Shown here piece after piece: positions 22,055-33,502 of a stretch of 37,189 bases of DNA. The notes below the pieces were generated by a model. That model was not told the origin of the DNA. It did not search any database and saw nothing but the letters and a program-made list of their open reading frames with translations. Made by a program: the position numbers and the translations under genes. The DNA lies in assembly GCF_024521635.1 (NCBI RefSeq), contig NW_026250446.1, positions 124,001 through 161,189 of the forward strand. Reading direction: 5' to 3'. Each line of letters starts with the position of its first letter. Position 1 is the first letter of the stretch. This DNA comes from Tricharina praecox. Lineage: Eukaryota.

Positions 22055-23581
22055 ATGACGCTATCTCCCGCCTCTCGCAAGCGCGGCTCCCGCGAGGATG
22101 CCAACGGCAGCAAGACACTCAGAAACGCAACCTCTCCAAAGCGCCCAAGACACTGCTCTATTCCGATCGACCGCGCCGTCCCCACGGGCAACAAAGATCT
22201 ACTTGCGTACCTCAACAAGCTACAAACGTAAGCCTTATCGCGTTGCTTCGCTCGACCCCCTGCGACGGCAATGCTGACGCGACCTCGGTGTAGTGATGCC
22301 GATGCGATGAACGAGACCATGCGCAATCTACTGGTGATGGCGACGGACAATGACATCGCTACGGCGGTTGGTGGGCTGGGGACAATCAAGTGCGCTATGG
22401 GAGAACGTGAGTTTGTTCGCCGCGATTGTGGCTGCGGTGCTTGCGAGTTGAAGCCGTTGGCTGACGGTTTGATTTCAGTTGCTAAAAATGCTCAAGCGAT
22501 TGCAGCGCTGGCTCCGGCCACCAAGGCCTCAGATTCCTCTGCTACTCCGACTGTCGCTCCCGCCATATCCACGGGCGCCACCGCCGCCGCTGCTGCTACT
22601 TCCACTTCCTCCGCTACTTCCACGGACGCTTTTTCCTCGCCGCCGCTGAGTGGCACGCATGCCACCGCAGAGCCTGATTCTTCGCCTCAGCAGCACAGCG
22701 AGCCGCCCATTGCTACTGCCGGTTCGACGACCAACACAGGAGGAACGGCTTCAACAAATGCCTCTAATCACACCACTCCAACAGATTCCGCACCACTCCC
22801 CGCTGCCACTGAGAGTGCTACTAGCGGCACGCCAGCCGGTACCATCCCGCTCGGCTTCAAGACGAGACGCGGCAAATCCCCAGAGTCCCCCTCCAGGAAA
22901 CAGAAGACCGCTCGACCACCCAGCCCTGCCGCCAACAAGACCGGCGCTGGTGTCAAGAAGCGACGCGGCACCTCCCCAGTGCCCCCCTCCAAGAAACGGA
23001 AGAGTCCTACTAGCGACACGTCTGCCGGTATCATCCCGCTCGGCTTTAAGAAGCGACGCGGCGCATCCCCAGAGTCCCCCTCCAAGAAACAGAAGACCGC
23101 TGAACCGCCCAGCCCTGCCGCCAACATGACCGGCGCAGGTGTCTTCTCCCCACCTTCCAACAAGCGTGTCCCTGTGGTGCCACAGACACCCTCCAAGAAG
23201 CGTAAGACCACCCCGTCTTTCGGCGCCGAGGCCCCGCAGTTCACGACCCCGACCGCTCCCGCCACCGCCAAGCGCAGATTGTCGACCGTGAACGAGGAAA
23301 ACCGCAATGTGCGTATTTGTGATACTAGCAAGCGCATGAAGAGGGCGCACCGCGCTGGGTCGGAGCGGCCGGCGGCCGGAATGAAGCGCGGATTCGACGA
23401 GGGAGACGACGCGGAGTGTGCCGTGTACAGGGAGGACGTGGGTATGAAACGCCCGCGCACTGGATACTTCCAGGAGGGAGACCCGCCCATGGAGTATGAG
23501 ACCTGGTCTGATGACGAGGACGAGCAGGAGCCGGAGGAGCTTAACAAGGCGCCGGAACAAGAAGAGGAAGAGGTGCTGTAG
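22055..23581 (+). CDS. Orphan ~462-aa largely disordered S/T/P/K-rich protein (3 exons: 22055-22227, 22294-22406, 22479-23581)
   Basis: Introns GTAAGC...GCTGAC...TAG (22228-22293) and GTGAGT...GCTGAC...CAG (22407-22478) splice in frame from MTLSPASRKR. Long open frame, many basic clusters and an acidic C-terminus. Confidence 0.7.
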
Positions 23582-24239
23582 GCTGGACGAGGAAGGTGTA
23601 TGAGTACCGATCGGTCGGACGATGTGGTGTTTGTGTACTTGACTTTTGGATAGAATATACCCTTTTTTTTGAAATTCCTCGGACGCTCGGTGTCTTGACG
23701 TGATATTCATCAGACCCATATGTACTACGAAGATGTTTGCCTACACGGATAGCACATGTAACCAACGCTTCACAATTCACGACCGCTATATATCTCCTCC
23801 GCCATCAAAATCGTGGATGCATTTTCTGACTAGTGATTCTTCCGTTCAAATATCCGACAGCTCGCGATCTTCTACCTAACGCGGGTTCGGTATGTACTCT
23901 ATGTATGTAGGCTAAGCCTTTTAGCCCCTGCGCTGATCATCGCCAGGGACCGAGCCTCCGAGAGCTGCACTCAAAACAAGCATTCACGCGACACGATCAC
24001 CACCAGAACCGATGCGCTCGCCAATTTAACACTGGCAACCACCGATCCCACCCACCGCTACGGGACGCCACAGGACGCCGCCGAAGATAAATCGACGGCG
24101 GTTAACAACCGCGAAGACGATTCCACCGTTGCTACTATATTCCCACAGCTCGTAAAGAGTAGGCTCCATACTCTACACGCGAGAGGGTTGAGGGACGGGA
24201 AGGGAAGGGAAATAAGTGGGCTCGACGAACGGACCGCAG

Positions 24240-24950
24240 TTTTTTTTTTTGTTTAATAAGTAATTGCATGCGACCTATCTAGATCGTGGCAATATCGCCC
24301 CGTTCACCCCCCTCCCGTTTCCACGCCACTGTCCAACCTAGCTTTCGCTGAGCGGCCCGATGTGGCTTTCCCTACCCTCCACCCTAGCCTTTCCCGAAAG
24401 TTTAACTCCACCATTCGCACTCGCCCCCCGCGCCCGCACCCAACCCACATCCGCACTCGCGCCCGCGCCTGGACCCGCCCCCGCCCCCGCCCCCGCCCCC
24501 TAGAGTGCTCCCACCTCCGCCGCGCCGCTCTCGTCCGCTATTCTACATCGCCTAGCTCCTCAAATTCCGCGCCCTCATACTCCTCCTCGAGTCGCCTCAG
24601 CTCCGCTCGCTCTTCCCGCTCCCTCAGCTCCCATTCCGACACCTCACTTGCTGCATCTTCCTCATCATCCGCCTCTGGGATCCGCCTGTCCACAGCATTG
24701 GGGGAAAGAAAGTCGAGGAGGGCTTGGCTGCACCGCTCGTCTGCAAAGAGGTCCCGGATTTTGAAGCGGCCTTTGCCCCTCCTTGTCTGCTCCCTGACTT
24801 GTGCCCAGAGTGTCTTTTGCTGACTTTTCCATTCGGGGCAGTTTTTGAAGAGATGCTCCCGAGTGAGTTTTGTACCGGCACCGGCCGCAGCCGGAATTGG
24901 GACGGCTTGTCGTCCACTGGAGATACTGGCCGGTGAGACAGTGTCCTGTG
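24240..24950 (-). mobile_element. 5'-truncated Tad1-like LINE 3' end with poly(A) tail
   Basis: TGHCLTGQYLQW...CGRCRYKT/TREHLFKNCPEWK...RFKIRDLFADERCSQALLDFL (ORF2 C-terminal CCHC region). Stop at 24538-24540, then a 3' UTR and A11 tail (T-run at 24240-24250 on +). Confidence 0.85.
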
Positions 24951-25582
24951 AATGTATACGAACCCCCGCAATTCCGAGACCTCGAAGTTCGAGGAGCGGT
25001 CTGCTGCAATGATATCCGATGACCTAGCGAGGTGACCTATGCAGTACTCATACACCCCATGCCTGAGGAAACGAATAAGCGCATCATCTACAGCTCAGAG
25101 AAACCATTCATTTTTCTCCAGGTTCGAAATGTGCTCGGCGAGCTTGTCGATGGTGGTTTCGACGTGACGTATGCTCAAAATTCCCGACCGAGTGCGAATC
25201 CGAGCGACGAGCACCTCGAATTTCTTTCGGAGACATTCATGACTTCCATGATTCTTCTGGCGTCTCCACCACCGTCGGTAGCTTTTGTTACAAAGACATA
25301 TCGAATAACGTGGACAAGTGTTGAAAGTGATTTGCCTGGAATCTGGTCTTCGGGAGAGCGTGGCTCCCGGTGTCGTTATCTCAGTGCCTTGCTGGGGGAT
25401 GGCTTTACCGCTGCTGAGATCGGCGCAGTAGATACGCAATTGCCCTGTTTGTCGTGGTCGTCAGGGTTGCTCATCAGTGGCTACGCTGGAATCGAGGTTG
25501 AAAAATACCGGCGCATACACCTTGAGATAACTGATAAAAGCTTTATACTGTAAATGTTACAAGTAGTGCAATTGCATGAAAT

Positions 25583-25654
25583 GGGGGTGTGGTTTAGTGG
25601 TATAATTCCTCTTTAGCATAGAGGCGGTCCAGGGTTCGATTCCCTGCTCCTCCA
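25583..25654 (+). tRNA. tRNA-Ala(AGC), copy 3
   Basis: Identical 72-nt cloverleaf followed by T-runs. Confidence 0.96.
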
Positions 25655-25707
25655 CAATTTTCTTTTGTACATGCTGTGCCGAAGTGTATCCTTCTCAGAA
25701 TTTGTTG

Positions 25708-26121
25708 GGGCCCGTTTGGGATGGCCTCAGTTTTTCTAGAAACTGAGCAAACAAAACTGAAACCCCGTTTTGATGGCACAAAAACCCTAAAAAACGAACT
25801 GAAACTGCGCGGTCCCAGCGACGAAACTGGCCCTGACTTGGAGAGGTCATTTCTTTGCCGCCACTCAGTATCGCAATTTAACTTCAACCATAGACTCCCC
25901 TTAATAGGAAGAGTAAAAAGCGGGTCTGCAAGGTGTCTACTAGTAGAGTCCCGGAGAAGCCTACTATTCAGACCTATGGCTGAGTATACTGAGAACTGCC
26001 AAACACTCTATTCACCTCAAGGTTTTCTGGCAACTGAAACTGAACAGTATTCGGTGTCCCGGTGGGAACTGAATTTGGCTTTAAAAGTGGAACTGAAAAC
26101 TGAGGCCATCCAAACGGGCCC
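25708..26121 (-). mobile_element. PIF/Harbinger MITE, copy 4 (diverged subfamily)
   Basis: GGGCCCGTTTGGGATGGCC...GGCCATCCAAACGGGCCC. Colinear with copy 2 but with many substitutions and indels. Flanks TTG and TAA. Confidence 0.88.
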
Positions 26122-26527
26122 TAAATAAACCAAAGCCGTAGTTATGTGATACACACGTGGCTGTTTAGGATACAACCAGATTATCAAGGCACACACCTGA
26201 GATGTCCGACCGTGGCAAAATTATGACAGGATTCTACTATGTGGCTAGAAAGGTGTTGAATGTCGGATCCAGACGTCTGGTAGCTCCGGGGGACAGCTTG
26301 GGGTGGCGGATATGGCTACCAGTAGCCCCGGAGGAAACCACGAGCCCGGTGAATCTACCTACGCCGTCACGCCTTCTGGTCATCACGACAGCATGCATAT
26401 ATAATGGACGCGATATTCAGATAACGAGAAGGATAAGAAACAAGGCTTCCATCGCAATGTACAAATGCATTTGATAGGCGTCTACTACAAAGTATGGATA
26501 GCTACGAACCATTTCCTGTCATCGATT

Positions 26528-26599
26528 GGGGGTGTGGTTTAGTGGTATAATTCCTCTTTAGCATAGAGGCGGTCCAGGGTTCGATTCCCTGCTCCTCCA
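26528..26599 (+). tRNA. tRNA-Ala(AGC), copy 4
   Basis: Identical 72-nt cloverleaf followed by T-runs. Confidence 0.96.
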
Positions 26600-27029
26600 C
26601 GATTTTCTTTTGTGCATGCTGTGCCGAAGTGTATCCTTCTGCTGATCTTCACTCTTCGCTACCGCTGCAGCATGCCCACGGGTGCACTACGGTCACCGTG
26701 ACGGGGCAGCAGTGTTATCTGATACCATGATGGGATAAGATGAGATCAGGTTGAAGATTAGATAGGTACAAGGTTAGGGGAGAAGGAAAATGACGACTGA
26801 GTCAGGAGAACGCTAAATGGAAATGTGGTTAAGCTAGGCAGACGTGTCCACGAGATGGAACCCTGACCGGTGCTTCCAAAGCTAACCTTATCATCCTCCT
26901 CATTCCTGCGTGCCGGCCCACGGCGTACTTGTACATCACGCTGCCAATTGATACCGTCCAATTTCGACGTGCAAATTTTTGAGAGATGTTTGGCGCATTA
27001 CCACATGCGCTATAACTAGTAGAATACAA

Positions 27030-27170
27030 CCAGAAAGTCGAGGCTCGCTTGGTTGCATCGCTCCTCTGCGTTGAAGAGGTCACGCAACTTGAAGCGATCG
27101 TTGCCCCTCCGTTTCTTGAGTAGCGCTTCCGGTCGGAGCAGCGGTTAAAGAGGTACTTACGCCTCGTCCG
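27030..27170 (-). mobile_element. Second, more decayed Tad1-like LINE ORF2 C-terminal fragment
   Basis: TRRKYLFNRCSDRK.../RGNDRFKLRDLFNAEERCNQASLDFL aligns with TREHLFKNCPEWK...RGKGRFKIRDLFADERCSQALLDFL at 24.7-24.9 kb. Confidence 0.6.
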
Positions 27171-27236
27171 GTTGGACGTTTCATGATTCATCTATACCGG
27201 AGGAAAAAAACTGGTTCCAAGTGATATTGCGTGAAC

Positions 27237-27957
27237 CAGTGCAGGCAACAGCCCGAACAGCCCGTGGGCTGGGCTGGGGCTGGTGGGCTGATCTGATAGC
27301 CCGGGCTGGCGCCGATGGGCTGGCAGCCCAGCCCGGGCTATCAGTTGGCTGGGCGGGCTGGATCCAAGAGTTGGTAGGGTAACTCTACGACAATAGATAG
27401 GAAAAACGTTGGAGCTGGCAGGAAAGGAAAGGTTGGGAAGTTGGTGGTCGCCAAAGTCCAGTAAGGCTGCATGAGATAACAAATTGATATTGTCTCTCTC
27501 TCTCGGAAGACCGAAGAAAGAGTATTGAATATACATAGGAAACAGGCTTACGCCGGCAGCGCCCTCAAGGAAGAAAGACAGAAGAAAACAGAAGAGAAAA
27601 AACCGTACATGAAATTGTAAAGCTCCTAAGAAGACAGGTCCACGGTGGCGGAAGCATGCCAATGCCGCAAACATTCGCAGGCCCCAATCATGCCCGGCTT
27701 CAACCTATACCGGCGGTCCGTCACCAGGAGCTTAGCGCTACTAAACACTCTTTCTACCTCTGCTGACATATGCGGGAGGATTATGTTGCGGTTGTTGTTG
27801 CGATACCCGTGCCGGATCACCCTCGACGACGATACTAGCAGACGCATCATCGGAACTCACTCGCTACAGCCTACAAGCCCGGGCGCGCCCGGGCTGGTGG
27901 GCTACACGCGCCGGGCTGCGGGCAGGCTTTGTTTGGGCTGGGCAGTTACCTGCACTG
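27237..27957 (-). mobile_element. Non-autonomous hAT element (721 bp)
   Basis: TIRs CAGTGCAGG(C/T)AAC(A/T)GCCC. 8-bp TSD GCGTGAAC/GCATGAAC (1 mismatch). GGGCT/AGCCC subterminal repeats. Internal hAT dimerisation-domain remnant MSAEVERVFSSAKLLVTDRRYRL...ACECLRHW (27626-27790). Confidence 0.9.
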
Positions 27958-28864
27958 GCATGAACACGGTCAACGTGAACTCGCACCATAACCGGGCCGG
28001 CTGGCTTGGGGCCATTCATCGATCCGTGCATCACCTGCGGAACTTGCGGGTGGTTCGTCCGTCCCCACATCTGCTGGACCCCCGGCTTTCCACCGAGGTA
28101 AACCTGGTTACTGTCCTAAACTTCCCCTAACCCCTCTCAGTGCAGGGTAAAAATAGCTCGACCATGTTGTGCATTTCCCAACCAGGTATGTACCTCTGTT
28201 GAGAGCTACCGCTCTGGTTGACGCTCAGGATACCTTAGGTAGTGAGTCCTGAGTCCATCAGCGGCCAGATGCCCGTATATTTAACCACCTCTGACCTTTT
28301 GTTGCCGTAGCGTATGTCACGTTCGATAGGTTGTCAGTCAGCTACCAAGTCGCGAAATGGAGAACACCGCAGTTGCGTGTGGCTGGGATCCAACACCGTG
28401 CGGTCATTGGTGCATCACGCATTTTGCAAGCTATCAGACCTGCGTCACCACTAACTGTTGGCCGCGACTGGGGTTCCGATCAGCCTGGGGCATCCGGTCT
28501 CACCTATCCGCCTTGCAGCAGCAATCTTGGGCGGTTGAGATGAGAGGTTGCTCTCTTCCTCCTTGATGGATATATTGCCGAATCCACATGTGCGTGAATA
28601 TACGTCACATTATTTAGACAAACTTTGTACGGCTCCGGGTCTCATGCCCGCTACTCTGGACATTAAGACATAGTCCCATCAGGTAGTTTATGTATAAGAC
28701 GGCTGCCACTATCTAGACAGAATGGAATAATCAACTTCAACATCATTCATTCGAGTCGCGTTTCCGGATCCCTCCTCCATCTCTCTCCTTTCCCCGATGC
28801 CTGCATATCAGCTCATCACCGCCACTATCCCTCCCCCGTTCCAGCACACCGCTCTACCCCACCG

Positions 28865-31800
28865 CTACCGGCGAGACCAGGCTTCCCGCAGCCGCTGTGA
28901 CCAGGAAGCCCGGGATTGCTTGTCCGCATCGTTTACCGCCGAAGAGCTTCGAGATGCCCCCATGCTCAATTCCCCTCCACAGCGATCAATAGATGAAACC
29001 GAGTCCAAATTAAAGCCAATGCAAGAAAGCCTGCCTGAATTATAACCGAGGGCAACAATTCCATTCCCGATCTCGGCACAGTCCGGTCGATGATCAAAGG
29101 GAAATAGAACTAGTTTTCGCACTCCCAACGATATCCAGTGGTTCTCGATACGCAATGTAGATTGTAAATGGTGCCTTTCGATTTTTTTTGTTGCCAGAGG
29201 TTTCCGCTTCATATCAATATCCCAGCAACAGAAGGTTCCCTTGGGATCTGTCCCAGTGAGATACTTACCATCTGGCGAGAAAGCCACCGACCCGATCCAG
29301 CCCGAATAACCTTCCAGGGTGGCGCGACAGGTCCCCGACGTCGGATCCCAGAGCCGCACAGTGTCATCATAGGATCCGGACGCAAGGAGTTTGCCATCTG
29401 GCGAGAATTCCACCGACCCGATCCCGTCTGAATGGCCTTCCAGGGTGGCGCGACAAGTCCCCGACGTCGAATCCCAGAGCCGCACAGTTCTATCACTGGA
29501 TCCGGACGCAAGGAGTTTGCCATCTGGCGAGAATGCTACTGAGTTGATCCAGTCCGAATGGCCTTCCAGGGTGGTGCGACAGGTCCCCGACGTCGGATCC
29601 CAGAGCCGCACAGTGTTGTCAGCGGATCCGGACGCAAGGAGTTTGCCATCTGGCGAGAATGCTACTGAGTTGATCCCGTCTGAATGGCCTTCCTGGGTGG
29701 CGCGACAGGTCCCCGACGTCGGATCCCAGAGCCGCACAGTGGTGTCATCATGGGATCCGGACGCAAGGAGCGTGCCATCTGGCGAGAATGCTACTGAGTT
29801 GATCCAGCCCGAATGGCCTTCCAGGGTGGCGCGACAGGTCCCCGACGTTGGATCCCAGAGCCGCACAGTGGTGTCATCAGATCCGGACGCAAGGAGTTTG
29901 CCATCTGGCGAGAATGCTATTGAGTTGATCCCGCCCGAATGACCTTCCACGGTGGCGCGACAGGTCCCCGACGTTGGATCCCAGAGCTGCACAGTTTGAT
30001 CACTGAATCCGGACGCAAGGAGTTTGCCATCTGGCGAGAATGCTACTGAGTTGATCCCGTCCGAATGGCCTTCCTGGGTGGCGCGACAGGTCCCCGACGT
30101 CGGATCCCAGAGCCGCACAGTGTTGTCATTGGATCCGGACGCAAGGAGTTTGCCATCTGGCGAGAATGCTACCGACCGGATGCTGCCTGAATGGCCTTCC
30201 AAGGTGGCGCGACAGGTCCCTGACGTTGGATCCCAGAGCCGCACAGTGTTGTCAGCGGATCCGGACGCAAGGAGTTTGCCATCTGGCGAGAATGCTACTG
30301 AGTTGATCCTGTCCGAATGGCCTTCCAGGGTGGCGCGACAGGTCCCCAACGTCGGATCCCAGAGCCGCACAGTGGTGTCATCATGGGATCCGGACGCAAG
30401 GAGCGTGCCATCTGGCGAGAATTCCACCGACCAGATCCCGCGCAAATAACCTTCCACGGCGGCGCGACAGGTCCCCAACGTCGGATCCCAGAGCCGCACA
30501 GTGTTGTCATCGGATCCGAACGCAAGGGGTTCGACATCTGGCGAGAATACTACTGAGTCCAACCAGCTTGAATGGCCTTCCAGGGTGGCGCGACAAGTCC
30601 CCGACGTTGGATCCCAGAGCCGCACAGTTCTATCAGTGGACCCGGACGCAAGGAGTTTGCCATCTGGCGAGAATACTACTGAGTTGATCCAGCCCGAATG
30701 GCCTTCCAGGGTGGCGCGACAGGTCCCCGACGTCGGATCCCAGAGCCGCACAGTGTTGTCAGCGGATCCGGACGCAAGGAGTTTGCCATCTGGCGAGAAT
30801 GCTACCGACCGGATGCTGCCCGAATGGCCTTCCAAGGTGGCGCGACAGGTCCCTGACGTCGGATCCCAGAGCCGCACAGTTCTATCAGTGGACCCGGACG
30901 CAAGGAGTTTGCCATCTGGCGAGAATGCTACTGAGTTGATCCTACCCGAATGGCCTTCCAGGGTGGCGCGACAGGTCCCCGACGTTGGATCCCAGAGCCG
31001 CACAGTGTTGTCAGCGGATCCGGACGCAAGGAGTTTGCCATCTGGCGAGAATGCTACTGAGTTGATCCAGCCCGAATGGCCTTCCAGGGTGGCGCGACAG
31101 GTCCCCGACGTCGGATCCCAGAGCCGCACAGTGTTGTCAGCGGATCCGGACGCAAGGAGTTTGCCATCTGGCGAGAATGCCACAATTGCGACGTCATATG
31201 TATGGCCCACCAGCACCTGCAGCGTAGAGTCCCACTCATTTTGAACCACCGGTTGGATCGTGATCCAGCCCGGCAGACAATCACGAAACTGCTCCCTGAT
31301 TATGCTTCCCATCGGGCTGAATATCAGAGCAGAGCAATAGGTTTGTAGATGCGCGACTTCGATTGTCGATCTGAAATTTAGTATGAACCGCACGGCATCG
31401 TGGACGATCGCGCGTAAATGTGGATCGGCAGCGGACTTGGTAAGTTAGCAACGTTCTGGGCGAAAAAGTGCACCGTTGTGTTTCCAGGGAGCAGCAAGCA
31501 TAGATATCAAGTCAAAACAAATCATCTCTTCGTAGAATTCCCCCAACCGGTGGTTGGCGTTGAATTGGGTACATCGGAGCTTTCCTGGTCTGTGCAGAAC
31601 GCCGGCTCTCCAGAAAAGTGAATCTCCAAGAAAGAAAGCTTTGAATTGCTCACCGTAAGCATAGATTCAAAATTCGTCATCATGAGAACTCCCTCCGCCA
31701 AATTGCCCAGCAAACTGAGAGCTTCAAGCCAGTGGAGGAAGTGTTTCTTCAAGAAAGTGTGGACACGATGGTGCAGTGATTCAGATCCGGTGTTTTGGTG

Positions 31801-33502
31801 ACAGAGTTCAACTTTGCTCCGCTGAAGGTGAACCAGCCAATACCGGCACGCATACCTAACTTCCTGGGGAAGACAGCGTTGGAGGATGGAAAGATCCACT
31901 TCGCTGGTAATGGTACTCGGAAGCTCCAGAGAGCATATATCCTGCTTTAGATGCCTTGACATGACCTCAAGACAACATAGTGCAAGGTCTTCATGTGCGT
32001 TGTCCCCCATGATCCTGAACCGATCGTCGCACCTCCCGCTGTCCAACAGGAAGTCACGGAAAGACGGATGCAAGAGCCTGATTGTGGTATCTCCGCTATC
32101 GGAATAACCCACCACAGAACTCAGGGATTTCAGAATTCCTTCGACTTCCCCCAGCCGAGCACCCAATAGTTGGCCTAGAGCGGTGGCAGTCAATGAATCA
32201 ATAAGAATCACAATGGATCCGATAGCTCGTTTAAACAGGTGTATCTGCCTCTCTATTCCCGGACTCCCGCTATCTTCAACCGGTATCGCGGTTCCTAAAA
32301 CCTTGGTGTATATCACGTCGAGTTGTTGCGCTGGTGATCCAATGTGCACGGTGTCTTCCAATACGGAAGTCAGACGATCCGGCGGATAACAATCCTTATT
32401 GTCAATGAAGCGACAGACTGTTGCAGCGTATATGAACAGTCCATCTGCTTTGTCAACGAGACGTTCTAGGGTTGCTTCGCTGGGCCACTGAGTTGGTAGG
32501 CCGCGGTGATCCCGGACTCTGGTAAACTCATGATGGAAGAGAGTGGATATATCGTGAAAGACTATCGGGCTTGCGATCTGGTCAAGAACACAAACTCGAT
32601 GTGTAGATTTCGGTATGAATTGAAAACCATGACGGATCGGGGTTTCAGGTCGACTTGTGATAAATACTCGCAACCGCACGGAGGTGACATTTGCTGCCTG
32701 AGAAAGCAGGTTAAGGATTAGCGCCACATCATATTCGTCGTCACACTCGTCCAACGCATCGATAACGAATACCAACGAGTGCATTTTCGACGACCGGGAG
32801 AGCGGTTTGAGAATGAGATGTTTCCACTGCTCGCGTAGGCTTTGCCGGATGATATCGGGGTGATCGCATATAGCCTTACGGACGCGGGAGCCAAGGCGGG
32901 AATTCGAACGCCCCAGCTGGTAGGCGAAGGTAATGAAGAGCTTCGATGCGCGGGCTAGATCTCCCTGGCCTCTGGAAAAGAAGAAACTTGCTCCAAGCCG
33001 CTTCTTATGGTCCCATCTCGAAGCGACCGTACGAGCTATGGTGGATTTTCCAGTACCAGCCATTCCGTTCAACCAAAAGATGCATGCACCGTTCCGGGAA
33101 TCCGCCCAGTCATTGATGTCTTTGAGGAGGCCGACCCGGGTGTCTTTTAAACATGTAGGTTCGTGCTCAAGACGCCGAGAATTGAAAGCGGCACCATCGG
33201 CACAGTGGGATGTGGCTTGAGAGCGCAACGCACTGTATCAGCTCAAGCAATCATGTTGGAGCGTCCACCAACCTACCAAACGTTTCCAAGGCTTGCGCGT
33301 TTCGAGAGCCATGTTGCTGCGCGAAGTATTGAAACTTCGTCGGTCCTACATACAGGTGGTGTGTGTTAGCCGAAGGGATGACCCGTCGTAACACGCAATA
33401 GTAAGGCGAACCAAACACGACGGGCGCAGCAAAGGTCGGATGTTGGACCTCGTTGTGGTTCGCGTCGTTGTAGGTACGGGAGTTATCGGTTCTGTTTGCC
33501 AT
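28865..33502 (-). CDS. NACHT-WD40 NLR (HET-E/NWD-like), ~1430 aa; exons 33502-33412, 33345-33277, 33215-31654, 31435-28865
   Basis: NACHT motifs CLKDTR, FWLNGMAGTGKST (Walker A), LGASFFF, VIDALDEC (Walker B), FITSRPE, ADGLFIYA, LHPSFRDFL, YACRYW, FLHWLEALSLLG, followed by 16 WD40 repeats. Three GT-AG introns with GCTAAC/GCTGAT branch points join the exons in frame (4293 nt) without stops. Confidence 0.93.
29220..31215 (-). repeat. Highly conserved coding tandem array of 126-bp WD40 units (16 repeats, two of 129 bp)
   Basis: Consensus LEGHSxxIxSVAFSPDGKLLASGSxDxTVRLWDPTSGTCRAT, nearly identical at DNA level outside a few codons. Confidence 0.97.

Noticed and set aside
22751..23719. Long minus-strand ORFs (322 and 259 aa)
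   Set aside because: Shadows of the GC-rich, low-complexity plus-strand gene, which has the splice-signal support.
25676..26128. 150-aa ORF as a possible MITE-encoded protein
   Set aside because: No transposase motifs, and no equivalent long ORF is listed for the other three MITE copies.
28138..28150. CAGTGCAGGG as a third terminus of the neighbouring hAT element
   Set aside because: Matches only 9 bp of the hAT TIR, lacks GGGCT subterminal repeats and an 8-bp TSD, and pairs better with 34071-34086.
29220..31215. CRISPR-like or diversity-generating-retroelement interpretation of the regular repeat array
   Set aside because: Units are in-frame 126-bp WD40 coding repeats with no unique spacers. 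There are no cas genes, no template/variable repeat pair with adenine-specific differences, and the context is eukaryotic.
29391..31244. Plus-strand repetitive ORFs (183, 141 and 247 aa)
   Set aside because: Antisense shadows of the WD40 array.
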